The notes under the pieces are model-generated. The model was not told the DNA's origin. It did no database searches and saw only the letters and a list, made by a program, of their open reading frames with translations. The position numbers and the translations under genes are program-made. Source: a virus. Taken from it: 64,000 bases of DNA. Location: positions 66,973-130,972 of IMG/VR virus record IMGVR_UViG_3300027708_000030. One strand, 5' to 3'. Below, in pieces: positions 47,853 through 57,444 of this stretch; the stretch's first letter is position 1; each line of letters opens with the position of its first letter.

Positions 47853-48440
47853 ATGGCAAATATTGCTGATTTCAAAGCGCAGATGATTGGTGGCGGTGCT
47901 CGCCCTAATCAATTCCGTGTTGAACTTTCATTCCCATCTTATGTTACATTGGGGGTAGTTGCTGGTGCTCGTGCACAGTTTTTGTGTAAGGCTGCTCAAC
48001 TACCTGCTTCCACTATCGAAACTTTACCAGTTCTTTATCGTGGTCGTCCAGTTAACTTTGCTGGTGAAAGAACTTTCCAACCATGGACTGTGACAGTTTA
48101 CAACGATACCACTTTTGGTATCCGTAATGCACTAGAGCAATGGCAATCTGGTATTCAGAACTATAACACTACTAATGGTCGTGTTAATCCTACTGACTAT
48201 CAAGTTGACTTGAACGTGCACCAATTAGATCGTAATGGTGCAATTATTAAGAGTTACAAATTCGTTGATGCTTTCCCAACTACAATTTCTGCAATTGGTT
48301 TAGATTACGAACAACAAAATGCAATTGAACAGTTTGATGTAGAGTTCCAATACAACTTCTTTACATCTGCTACTGGTGCAGCTTCTGGCTTTGGTGTTAG
48401 TGTTGGTATTGACACTCCAGTTGGTAGTTTCCCGCTTTAA
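47853..48440 (+). CDS. gp19: Tail tube protein gp19
   Basis: GGARPNQF, CKAAQLP, AGERTF.PWT.TVYND. Confidence 0.94.
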   Translation: MANIADFKAQMIGGGARPNQFRVELSFPSYVTLGVVAGARAQFLCKAAQLPASTIETLPVLYRGRPVNFAGERTFQPWTVTVYNDTTFGIRNALEQWQSGIQNYNTTNGRVNPTDYQVDLNVHQLDRNGAIIKSYKFVDAFPTTISAIGLDYEQQNAIEQFDVEFQYNFFTSATGAASGFGVSVGIDTPVGSFPL

Positions 48441-48463
48441 TAATTAACTGAGGTTTTTACATA

Positions 48464-50167
48464 ATGCAGATATTTGGGTTTGAAATAAAACGCAAGCAGG
48501 ACGAGACACTACCTAGTGTAGTGCCTCCTTCAGCACAAGAAACAGGCGCAACCGTAGTAAACACTGGTGTAAATGCTGGTGGCTACTACGGTATGGTCAT
48601 GGATCTTGAAGGTGTCATTAAAAACGAAAACGACTTAATCCGTCGTTATCGTGAAGTTGCTCAATATAGTGATTGTGATAATGCAATTGAAGATATCATT
48701 AATGAAGCAATTGTAGCTAATGAAGAAAGAACATCAGTTGAAATTATTTTAGATGATGTTAAAGTTTCTTCTAGTATCAAAACTAAGATAAGAGAAGAAT
48801 TTAATAATATTCTTCGCATTCTTAAGTTTAACGAAAGAGCGCATGAAATCTTCCGTAGCTGGTATGTTGATGGAAGATTATATTATCAAATTCTTATTGA
48901 CGAATCAAATATTAAACAGGGTATTGTAGAATTACGTTACATTGACCCTCGTAAAGTTCGTCGTATTAAAAATATTAAGAAAGCAAGAACACCACAAGGT
49001 GTTGAAGTTGTACAAGAAGTAGAAGAATACTATCTTTACAATGACAAGGGTATCACTGAGCAAACAACGCATGGTGTTAAACTTGGATTAGATTCAGTAG
49101 TCTATGCACCTTCAGGTTATGTAGACTCAAATACTGGAATGGCAATGTCTTATCTACATAAGGCGATCAAACCAGTAAATCAATTAAAGATGATTGAAGA
49201 TTCTTTAGTCATCTATCGTATTAGCCGTGCACCTGAACGCAGGATTTTCTATATCGATGTGGGTAATTTACCTAAGTTGAAAGCAGAACAGTATGTAAAT
49301 GATATCATGAACAAGTTCCGTAACAAGATTGTTTATGATGCAACTACTGGTGAAACACGTGACGATCGTCGTCATCTTTCAATGATGGAAGATTTCTGGA
49401 TGCCACGTCGTGAGGGTGGTAAGGGTACTGAGATTACTACACTTCCAGGTGGTCAGAATTTAGGTGAGATTCAAGATATTGAATACTTCCAGAATAAACT
49501 TTATCATGCATTGAATGTTCCAATTAGCCGTATGCAACAGCAACAAGGTTTTAGTATTGGTCGTTCAACAGAGATTTCTCGTGATGAAGTTAAGTTTAAT
49601 AAATTTATTGTCAGACTACGTAAGAAATTTAGTATATTGTTCTCGCATGCGTTGAGAGTTCAGTTAATCTCTAAAGGTGTTATCCGTCCAGATGAGTGGG
49701 ATGATATTCAGTTCAATATTAAATATGATTATCTTGAAGACAATCATTATAGCGAACTAAAAGATTCTGAGATTCTACAACAAAGAATGGGATTGTTACA
49801 GTTAATGGATCCATACATTGGTAAATATTACTCAATGGAATGGGCTCGTAAGAATGTTCTACACCTCGATGAAAAAGATATCAAAGAGATGGACAAACAG
49901 ATTGAGAACGAAAAAGATCAAATGCTTGCACAAGCAGATATGCAAGGACAGATGCAATTGGCTATGCAGCAACCGCAAATGGATGCGCAAGCACAGCAAC
50001 AACAGGCAATGCAACAGCAACAGGCTGCACAACCTCAGCAAGATCAGGGTGCTCCTGATCAACAAACAGCTGATGCTGAAGCAGAACAAGATGCTGGGCA
50101 AGATACAGATACGCAGCAAAGTAAAGGGAAAGTTACCAAATTAAAAACTGGTACTTGGCCAAATTAA
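48464..50167 (+). CDS. gp20: Portal vertex protein gp20
   Basis: WYVDGR, YRISRAPERRIFYIDVGNLP, EDFWMPRREGGKGTEITTLPGG. Confidence 0.96.
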   Translation: MQIFGFEIKRKQDETLPSVVPPSAQETGATVVNTGVNAGGYYGMVMDLEGVIKNENDLIRRYREVAQYSDCDNAIEDIINEAIVANEERTSVEIILDDVKVSSSIKTKIREEFNNILRILKFNERAHEIFRSWYVDGRLYYQILIDESNIKQGIVELRYIDPRKVRRIKNIKKARTPQGVEVVQEVEEYYLYNDKGITEQTTHGVKLGLDSVVYAPSGYVDSNTGMAMSYLHKAIKPVNQLKMIEDSLVIYRISRAPERRIFYIDVGNLPKLKAEQYVNDIMNKFRNKIVYDATTGETRDDRRHLSMMEDFWMPRREGGKGTEITTLPGGQNLGEIQDIEYFQNKLYHALNVPISRMQQQQGFSIGRSTEISRDEVKFNKFIVRLRKKFSILFSHALRVQLISKGVIRPDEWDDIQFNIKYDYLEDNHYSELKDSEILQQRMGLLQLMDPYIGKYYSMEWARKNVLHLDEKDIKEMDKQIENEKDQMLAQADMQGQMQLAMQQPQMDAQAQQQQAMQQQQAAQPQQDQGAPDQQTADAEAEQDAGQDTDTQQSKGKVTKLKTGTWPN

Positions 50168-50179
50168 TAGGAGAATATT

Positions 50180-50368
50180 ATGAGTGAAACAGTACAAAAT
50201 TTAGTCCAAGCAATTCAGGCTGGCGATGCACTTGAAACAGAAAATGCGTTTACAAATGCAATGGCAGAAAAGTTATCTGCTAGATTAGATACAATGCGCC
50301 AAGATGTTGCGCAGGGTATGTTTGCACAACAAGCAGAGCCAATCGCTGAACCTACTACGGAAGAATAA
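50180..50368 (+). CDS. Small acidic prohead core protein (gp67-like position)
   Basis: AGGAG RBS; 62 aa; immediately after the portal gene. Confidence 0.65.
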   Translation: MSETVQNLVQAIQAGDALETENAFTNAMAEKLSARLDTMRQDVAQGMFAQQAEPIAEPTTEE

Positions 50369-50378
50369 AGGGATAAAG

Positions 50379-50786
50379 ATGTCAGACTTAATCAATAAAA
50401 CTTTGCAGGTAATGGAGTCTAATGAGACCTCTAATATTTTCACTGAGGCTGCATCGAAACCATCACTTGGTAAATTAGCTGCAGATCATTATGAACATGG
50501 GGCTGCAGGTAATAAAACAAAATCACAAGCTACATTGTCTAAAATAGAACAGCATCATGGAAAAGAAACTGCAGCTGCAGTGGCGCAACATACAAATCAT
50601 GCATATTCAGTAGATAATACTTCTGGTGGAGCTAAAGTACCAAAACATTTTCATAGTGATTTTGTAAATAAACATTTGGGTGGTAAAGATTCAGCAGAAC
50701 ATACTGCATATAAAACCCAAAGCGCAAAACATTATAATGATGATGCTGGCCACGCAACAAATTCTAATTGGAACGAGCACGCATAA
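50379..50786 (+). CDS. His-rich hypothetical protein, possible internal head protein
   Basis: ATG at 50379 with AGGGA upstream; TAATG overlap with the next gene. Confidence 0.7.
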   Translation: MSDLINKTLQVMESNETSNIFTEAASKPSLGKLAADHYEHGAAGNKTKSQATLSKIEQHHGKETAAAVAQHTNHAYSVDNTSGGAKVPKHFHSDFVNKHLGGKDSAEHTAYKTQSAKHYNDDAGHATNSNWNEHA

Positions 50787-51334
50787 TGCGTTACTACGAA
50801 TTTACAAAATCTCTAAAACGATCTGATGTCGTTGAAAGCGTCAGATCCTATCTTCAGTTAATCGAAAGAACTGAAGATGGTAAGGTTTTGATAAATGGTA
50901 TTGAAACAGAATTTACGAGTTTAGAAGAAGCAAGACAATACATTAAACAAGACTATATTTCACATCAGTTAGAAGAACAAGTATCAAAAGACTTATACGA
51001 GGAACTATCAGAACATACTGTCGCAAATATTATTAAAGAATATCACGATATTAAAGTTACCGATACATTAATCGAAAATTATATAAAACTTGCTTCTTCT
51101 CACATGTTTAGTGTAGACCCAGTTGTTCAAGGTATTCGTTCTCTTAATAAACTGGACAGATTGGTTGAGGGTAAATTGCACTATGTTCTTAATGATGAGT
51201 CAATTGTAACTATTGACGAGCGTACCCAAGTGCGCCTAAATAACTTATTAGATAATCAAACAGAAATTATTGAGTATATGAGAGAGTCAAAAGAGAACTT
51301 CTTTCATGTGCTTACAAAATTAGAGGAACAATAA
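50786..51334 (+). CDS. Hypothetical protein in the prohead-core cluster
   Basis: ATG at 50786; acidic with many L/I-x-E motifs. Confidence 0.7.
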   Translation: MRYYEFTKSLKRSDVVESVRSYLQLIERTEDGKVLINGIETEFTSLEEARQYIKQDYISHQLEEQVSKDLYEELSEHTVANIIKEYHDIKVTDTLIENYIKLASSHMFSVDPVVQGIRSLNKLDRLVEGKLHYVLNDESIVTIDERTQVRLNNLLDNQTEIIEYMRESKENFFHVLTKLEEQ

Positions 51335-51335
51335 G

Positions 51336-51797
51336 ATGGCGATGACTATCACGACATTAAAGAATACCAATCAGGAAACTGTGATTCACTTCACATCTTC
51401 CTTAGCAGAGTCTGGCACTATTACTATTGCCAACTTAACTGCTACTACTCAAGCAAGAAATAGCGATACACCTGTAGTTAATATTGTTAAATACAGTATT
51501 GTTGGTGAACTGGCTTCAAAAGTTTCAATTCTTCGTAATAGTAAAATTGTGCTTGTATGCGCACCAGAGAATGCTCCTTATGCTGAATTCAATGCATGGG
51601 GTATTCCAGTAACAAATGACAATACTTATGACATCGTTATTACTAATGGTGCTGCAAAAGATGTTTCTGGTTTCCTAGTTCTCCGTAAAATTGCTGGCTG
51701 GTCTACTAAAGTTGAGAATGCTACTTACGGTGCTTATGACGATCCAACTCGTGTTGGTGCTTCTACCACATTAAGTGGTTCTCCAGATAAGGCATAA
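51336..51797 (+). CDS. Hypothetical beta-rich head-associated protein
   Basis: GAGGA RBS; directly upstream of gp21. Confidence 0.7.
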   Translation: MAMTITTLKNTNQETVIHFTSSLAESGTITIANLTATTQARNSDTPVVNIVKYSIVGELASKVSILRNSKIVLVCAPENAPYAEFNAWGIPVTNDNTYDIVITNGAAKDVSGFLVLRKIAGWSTKVENATYGAYDDPTRVGASTTLSGSPDKA

Positions 51798-51799
51798 TC

Positions 51800-52453
51800 A
51801 TGAGACTAATTAGAGAAGTTTTCGAACAAACAAATACCATTGTTGAGTCTAAACTTGGCAAAGGAAAAGAATATTTTATTGAAGGAATCTTTCTTCAATC
51901 TGAACTGAAAAATCGTAATGGTCGTATGTATCCAGAATCAATTATGGATAATGAAGTAGGTCGTTACATTAAAGAATCTGTCGAAAAGAATCGTGCCTAT
52001 GGCGAACTTGGTCATCCAGATACTCCTTCCATTAATTTGGATCGTGTATCTCACATGATTGTTAGTTTACGCAAAGAAGGTACTAACTACATCGGCAAGG
52101 CGAAGATTCTAGAAACCCCAATGGGTCAAATTGCACGTGGTCTTTTAGATGGCGGTGCAAACCTTGGAGTATCTAGCAGAGCACTAGGTTCCCTTCAAAC
52201 AAATAACGAAGGTGTTCAAATTGTTCAAGACGATTTTATGCTGTCCACTGCAGCTGACATCGTTGCCGATCCATCTGCTCCAGATGCGTTCGTTAGAGGT
52301 ATTATGGAGTCAAAAGAGTGGGTCTTTGTTGATGGAAAGTTTGTGGAACAACATATTGAGGAAGCGAAGCGTTCTATTCGCAAGGCTTCTTCACGAAATC
52401 TAGAGGAAGCCAAGATTTATGCTTTCCAAAAGTTTCTGAGTAAAATCAGATAA
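51800..52453 (+). CDS. gp21: Prohead protease gp21
   Basis: IEGIFLQ...NRNGRMY, GELGHP, GVSSRALGS, DIVADPSAPDAFV. Confidence 0.96.
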   Translation: MRLIREVFEQTNTIVESKLGKGKEYFIEGIFLQSELKNRNGRMYPESIMDNEVGRYIKESVEKNRAYGELGHPDTPSINLDRVSHMIVSLRKEGTNYIGKAKILETPMGQIARGLLDGGANLGVSSRALGSLQTNNEGVQIVQDDFMLSTAADIVADPSAPDAFVRGIMESKEWVFVDGKFVEQHIEEAKRSIRKASSRNLEEAKIYAFQKFLSKIR

Positions 52454-52463
52454 ATAATAAATA
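52449..52463 (+). promoter_or_regulatory. Tandem late promoter motifs for gp22-gp23
   Basis: GATAAATA and AATAAATA overlapping the gp21 stop codon. Confidence 0.65.
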
Positions 52464-52497
52464 ATCTAATAGAACTATCCAGTTACAGGAGAAAACG

Positions 52498-53523
52498 ATG
52501 TCAATCGAACAAAAAATCGCTGAAATTTTGGCTGAGTCTAAGAAACTAGACGAATTCAAAGTACACGGCACAGAAGGTGGTATGGACTCAGGTAAAGACG
52601 GAGCAAAGGCTGGTGATCAGTCTCCAATCCGTGATGCATCTAATAATGTACCAACTAGCAACCCAGCACAAAATGCAGACAATGATCGCAATGATGTAAA
52701 AGATCAAAACGATGCAGAGAATGCACCTGCTAAGAAATCTAACCCTGCTACTGCTAAAGCAGTTGCTGGCGACCAAGCAGTCATTCGCACAGGCACTAGC
52801 GTTAAAGAAGATGTTGATGCATTATTGAATGGTGAAGAACTATCTGAAGAGTTCCGTGCTAAAGCAGAAACTATTTTCGAAGCAGCTGTTATGACTCGTG
52901 TTAAGTCAGAAGTTGCTCGTATTGAAGAAGAATTCGAAGCAAAACTCCAAGAGAGCGTTGCACAGAATGTAGAGGGAATTGTTGAGCAAGTTGATGGATA
53001 CCTCGGTTATATTGCCGAGCAGTGGATGACACAGAATGAAATTGCCCTAGAGCGTGGTATGAAATCCGATATTCTTGAAGGTTTCATTGGCGGTTTGAAG
53101 AATTTATTTGAAGAGCACTATATCGATATTCCTGAAGAGAAATTCGATGTGCTTGGCGAAATGGAATCTAAAATCGATGAATTGGAAGCAAAACTTAACG
53201 AACAAGTTGCAGCTAATATTGAACTAAGCAAGACTCTTGCTGAAAGCAATCGTGCTGAAATCGTTAAGACTGTAAGCGAAGGCTTGACAGATACAGAAAC
53301 TGAAAAGTTTATGTCTCTTGTTGAAGAACTCTCTTATGAAGACCAAGCAAGTTTTGAAACAAAAGTAAAGACTATCCGTGAAAATTACTTCACAACTAAA
53401 GCAGCTACAGTTCAATCTGTAGTTACTGATGCTCCAGTAGAAGCGTTGACAGAAGAGAAAAAGGTAACACTTGATCCTGCTATGTCTGCTTATGCTGCAC
53501 AGCTCAACAAATTAAACAAATAA
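52498..53523 (+). CDS. gp22: Prohead core scaffold gp22
   Basis: LSEEF..KA.TIFEAAV, VDGYL.Y..EQWM..N, LKNLFEEHYI; lies between gp21 and gp23. Confidence 0.92.
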   Translation: MSIEQKIAEILAESKKLDEFKVHGTEGGMDSGKDGAKAGDQSPIRDASNNVPTSNPAQNADNDRNDVKDQNDAENAPAKKSNPATAKAVAGDQAVIRTGTSVKEDVDALLNGEELSEEFRAKAETIFEAAVMTRVKSEVARIEEEFEAKLQESVAQNVEGIVEQVDGYLGYIAEQWMTQNEIALERGMKSDILEGFIGGLKNLFEEHYIDIPEEKFDVLGEMESKIDELEAKLNEQVAANIELSKTLAESNRAEIVKTVSEGLTDTETEKFMSLVEELSYEDQASFETKVKTIRENYFTTKAATVQSVVTDAPVEALTEEKKVTLDPAMSAYAAQLNKLNK

Positions 53524-53534
53524 GGAAATCCAAA

Positions 53535-54833
53535 ATGACTACTCGTCAAGATTTAGTAAAAAAATGGGCTCCGATTCTTGAGCACGAAAGTGCTCCAAAG
53601 ATTCGTGACAACTATCGTAAAGAAGTAACTGCGGTTCTTCTAGAAAACCAAGAGCGTGAAATGGCTAAGCAACGTGAAGCGTTGTTCGAAGCTGCTCCAG
53701 CTAACGCTGTTGGCTCTTATGGCGACACTGGCGGTTTCGCTAAGTTTGATCCAGTAATGATCAGCTTGGTTCGTCGTGCAATGCCACAAATGATCGCTTA
53801 TGATGTTTGCGGTGTACAACCAATGACTCAACCAACTGGCTTGATCTTCGCAATGAAGTCACGCTACTCTACTCAAGGTGGTACTGAGGCTCTATTCAAC
53901 GAAGCTGATACAGACTTCGCTGGTACAGGTACTCACTCTGGTGCATATGACTTCGGTGGTTCTGAAACTACTGGTACTGGTCTAGCAACATCTGATGGCG
54001 AGCGTTTAGGTCAAGGTGGTGTTGGTGATGGTTCTTTCGGTGCTATGGCTTTCTCTATCGAAAAGACTTCTGTAACTGCAAAGACTCGTGCTTTGAAGGC
54101 AGAATACTCTATCGAATTAGCACAAGACATGAAGTCTGTTCATGGTCTTGACGCTGAAGGCGAATTAAGCAACATTCTCTCTACTGAGATCCTTGCTGAA
54201 ATCAACCGTGAAGTTATCCGTACAATTTACCAAACTGCTAAGCCAGGTGCTCAAGTTGGTGTAACTACTGCTGGTACATTCGACTTAGATACTGACTCTA
54301 ATGGTCGTTGGTCTGTTGAGAAGTTCAAAGGTCTAATGTTCCAAATCGAACGTGAAGCCAATGCTATCGGTCAACAAACTCGTCGTGGTCGTGGTAACGT
54401 GATCATCACTTCAGCTGATGTGGCTTCTGCCCTAGCAATGGCTGGTGTGTTAGATTATTCTTCTGGCTTGACTGGTAAGAATGATTTGACTGTTGATGAT
54501 ACATCCACTACTTTCGCTGGTGTATTGAATGGTAAGTACAAAGTGTATGTTGACCCATATACTTCAAACGTATCTTCTACTCAGTTCTTCGTTGTTGGTT
54601 ACAAAGGCGCATCTGCTTTTGACGCTGGTTTGTTCTATTGCCCATACGTTCCATTGCAAATGGTTCGTGCAGTTGATCCTAACAGCTTCCAACCAAAGAT
54701 TGGTTTCAAGACTCGTTACGGTTTAGTTGCTAACCCATTCGTTAACTTGGATGACGGCACTTCTGGTCAAGACAACTTGACAGCTGACGTGAACTACTAC
54801 TACCGTCGTGTTAAGGTTACTAACCTAATGTAA
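53535..54833 (+). CDS. gp23: Major capsid protein gp23
   Basis: KWAPILEH, CGVQPM..PTGLIFAM, RALKAEYS.ELAQD, FYCPYVPLQM, FQPKIGFKTRYG. Confidence 0.98.
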   Translation: MTTRQDLVKKWAPILEHESAPKIRDNYRKEVTAVLLENQEREMAKQREALFEAAPANAVGSYGDTGGFAKFDPVMISLVRRAMPQMIAYDVCGVQPMTQPTGLIFAMKSRYSTQGGTEALFNEADTDFAGTGTHSGAYDFGGSETTGTGLATSDGERLGQGGVGDGSFGAMAFSIEKTSVTAKTRALKAEYSIELAQDMKSVHGLDAEGELSNILSTEILAEINREVIRTIYQTAKPGAQVGVTTAGTFDLDTDSNGRWSVEKFKGLMFQIEREANAIGQQTRRGRGNVIITSADVASALAMAGVLDYSSGLTGKNDLTVDDTSTTFAGVLNGKYKVYVDPYTSNVSSTQFFVVGYKGASAFDAGLFYCPYVPLQMVRAVDPNSFQPKIGFKTRYGLVANPFVNLDDGTSGQDNLTADVNYYYRRVKVTNLM

Positions 54834-54884
54834 TCTAGGTTCGGCTTGGTTATGAATTAAGCCGACATTAAGAAGCGGTACTTT

Positions 54885-54912
54885 AAGAGGGATCTTCGGA
54901 TCCCTCTTTTTT
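54885..54912 (+). terminator. Rho-independent terminator after gp23 (cUUCGg tetraloop)
   Basis: AAGAGGGATC-TTCG-GATCCCTCTT followed by a T run; T4-type. Confidence 0.92.
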
Positions 54913-54917
54913 ATTTG

Positions 54918-54925
54918 GATAAATA
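54918..54925 (+). promoter_or_regulatory. Late promoter (GATAAATA) for gp3
   Basis: Immediately after the gp23 terminator. Confidence 0.6.
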
Positions 54926-54930
54926 AACTT

Positions 54931-55464
54931 ATGGCTACTACAACTATTTCCTGTCCACTACCAGATAACATTACTCCATTATCACCTAATGGATTTATGT
55001 TTAACATTACCAAATTACCTAATCTGTCATTCTTTTGTCAGCAGGTAAATATTCCAGGTATCACTCTTGGTGCTCCAGAATTTGGTAACCCATTTAATGT
55101 GCAACCAATTCCAGGTGAAACATTAACATACGATCAACTAACTGTTCAGTTCTTAGTTGATTCTGATATGGCAAACTACAAAGCAATCTATAACTGGATT
55201 ATCGCTTTAGGTTTCCCACAATCATATCAACAGTATATAAATTTTAATGCTAATGATACTTTGAATTATTCTGAGTTAGCAAAGAACTACTCTGATGCTA
55301 CTTTGCAAATTTTAGCTGGCAACAATTCAGTGTCCCAAACAATTCAGTTTAGCGATATGTTTCCAATTACGATTGACTCGCTAATGTTTGCATCTACCAA
55401 TACAGATGTGCAATACCTAGTAGGGAATGCAACATTCCGCTACGGATACTATAAATTCTTGTAA
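54931..55464 (+). CDS. gp3: Tail completion / tube terminator gp3
   Basis: LSP.GF.F..KLP...FFCQ.VNIPGI.LG; L.V.FLVD.DM.NY..IYNW; SDATL.IL; follows gp23 as in cyanophage-like T4 relatives. Confidence 0.85.
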   Translation: MATTTISCPLPDNITPLSPNGFMFNITKLPNLSFFCQQVNIPGITLGAPEFGNPFNVQPIPGETLTYDQLTVQFLVDSDMANYKAIYNWIIALGFPQSYQQYINFNANDTLNYSELAKNYSDATLQILAGNNSVSQTIQFSDMFPITIDSLMFASTNTDVQYLVGNATFRYGYYKFL

Positions 55465-55471
55465 GACAAAC

Positions 55472-55500
55472 TTGATTTTTTTGTAATACTGCGGTATAAT
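55472..55500 (+). promoter_or_regulatory. Sigma70-type promoter upstream of uvsY
   Basis: TTGATT-17 nt-TATAAT. Confidence 0.7.
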
Positions 55501-55525
55501 GGCAGTATATAAATGTGAGGATATT

Positions 55526-55963
55526 ATGAATATTGAACAATTGCAAGAAGCGTGGGAAATTGATTGCCAGATAGATGACAACTATCTCGGTGAAACAACC
55601 ACAGCTACTCCCAAGTTACATTCCAAGTATTTAAAACTACTTGTCAATGTCAAACTAAAACACACCAAACTCCAATCAGATTACAACTTGTTACGCAAGA
55701 ATAAGTTTCGCTTATATCGTGGTGAACTATCTCGTGATGAATTAATCGCTCTTGGTTGGGAACAATGGCAAGGTGTTAAACCATTAAAGAATGAGATGGA
55801 TGAATTCCTCTCAGGTGATATCGAACTAAATACTTTAAGAGTCAAGATTGATTATCTTGAAACAATGATTTATTTTCTTGAATCCGTTCTTGGTCAAATC
55901 AAAGCCAGAGATTGGCAGATTAAGACTGCAGTAGAATGGAAGAAATTCCTAGCTGGTATGTAA
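55526..55963 (+). CDS. uvsY: Recombination mediator UvsY
   Basis: W..D..ID, PKLHSKYL, I..R.WQIK.A.EW.KF.AG; ATG at 55526 with GAGG RBS. Confidence 0.9.
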   Translation: MNIEQLQEAWEIDCQIDDNYLGETTTATPKLHSKYLKLLVNVKLKHTKLQSDYNLLRKNKFRLYRGELSRDELIALGWEQWQGVKPLKNEMDEFLSGDIELNTLRVKIDYLETMIYFLESVLGQIKARDWQIKTAVEWKKFLAGM

Positions 55964-57444
55964 TGATAAAAATTGAGAAGTTAGACGAAGTTTATGTTAG
56001 AGTTTTTAGCGATGGTTCTATTGAACAAGAACTCGCTGACTTCTTTACCTATGAATATCCAGGTGCAAGATTTACACCACAATTCAGAGCAAGACTCTGG
56101 GATGGAAAAGTTCGTCTATACGATCAAGTTAGAAAAACTCTTTATGTTGGTCTAGTATCATATGTTGAAGAGTTTGCCACTCGCAATGGGTATGGCATTG
56201 AATATGTAACTCCTGTATTCCATCAAAACAATATCACACATCAGATTGTAGAAGACTATGCCAAGTCACTCAATCCTCATGGTCGTGGTAAACCAATCGA
56301 AATCCGAGACTATCAAATTGAAGCAGTAAAGACTGCTCTCGATAAAGAGCGCACACTGCTATTATCTCCCACTGCGTCAGGAAAGTCATTTATAATTTAT
56401 ACCACGATGCGTTGGCATATTGCACACGATCGTAAATGTATTATTATAGTTCCAACGACTTCACTTGTTGAGCAGTTGTACACTGACTTTGAAGACTACT
56501 CCTCTGCCAATGGTTTTAATACTGCAGGTGCTTGTCAGAAACTTTATGCAGGATTCACTAAAGAATTTACTAAAGATGTATTGATTACAACTTGGCAGTC
56601 AGTATACCTACAACCTAAATCTTGGTTTGCTCAGTTCGATGTAATCTTCGGAGATGAAGCACATCAGTTCAAAGCAAAATCCCTAACAACAGTTATGGAA
56701 AAGATGGACAAGATTCGTTACAGAATCGGAACAACAGGAACACTTGATAATAAGAAAGTGCATCGTTTAGTTCTTGAAGGTATGTTTGGTCCAGTGCATA
56801 AAGTTACTACAACCAAAGCACTTATGGACTCAGGAAGACTGACTACCCTAAATATAATGTGTGTGATGTTGAAGTACAACGAAGAAATTCGTAAAACACA
56901 AAAGAATAAGACGTATCAAGAAGAGATGGACTTTCTTGTGAGTAATGAAAAACGAAATAAATTTATTCGTAATCTTGCAGTAAAGTGTGAGGGTAATACC
57001 TTAGTGCTTTTCCAGTTTGTTGAAAAGCATGGTAAGATTTTATATGAATTAATAAAAGATAAAGTACACGAAAATCGTAAAGTGTTCTTTGTTTACGGAG
57101 GAACTGATACAACAGATCGTGAAGCGATTCGTCACATTACAGAAGGTGAAAGCGACGCTATTATTATTGCTAGTTTTGGTACATTCTCCACTGGCATCAA
57201 TATACCTTCTCTTGAGAATGTCATTTTTGCATCACCATCAAAGAGCAAGATTCGTAACTTGCAAAGTATTGGTCGTGGATTGAGATTGAAAGATGGCAAG
57301 ACAAAATGTAATTTGTTTGATCTTGCCGATGATTTACATTGGAAGTCTTGGAAAAACCATACTCTAAATCATGCAGCTGAAAGATATAAAACTTACGCTG
57401 AAGAAGAATTTAAAGTTAAAATAATAGAGGTGGATCTATGTTAG
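55963..57444 (+). CDS. uvsW: DNA helicase UvsW
   Basis: SF2 motifs SPTASGKS, DEAH, GTTGT, QSIGRGLR; WDGK.RL; ATG at 55963 in a TAATG overlap. Confidence 0.95.
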   Translation: MIKIEKLDEVYVRVFSDGSIEQELADFFTYEYPGARFTPQFRARLWDGKVRLYDQVRKTLYVGLVSYVEEFATRNGYGIEYVTPVFHQNNITHQIVEDYAKSLNPHGRGKPIEIRDYQIEAVKTALDKERTLLLSPTASGKSFIIYTTMRWHIAHDRKCIIIVPTTSLVEQLYTDFEDYSSANGFNTAGACQKLYAGFTKEFTKDVLITTWQSVYLQPKSWFAQFDVIFGDEAHQFKAKSLTTVMEKMDKIRYRIGTTGTLDNKKVHRLVLEGMFGPVHKVTTTKALMDSGRLTTLNIMCVMLKYNEEIRKTQKNKTYQEEMDFLVSNEKRNKFIRNLAVKCEGNTLVLFQFVEKHGKILYELIKDKVHENRKVFFVYGGTDTTDREAIRHITEGESDAIIIASFGTFSTGINIPSLENVIFASPSKSKIRNLQSIGRGLRLKDGKTKCNLFDLADDLHWKSWKNHTLNHAAERYKTYAEEEFKVKIIEVDLC

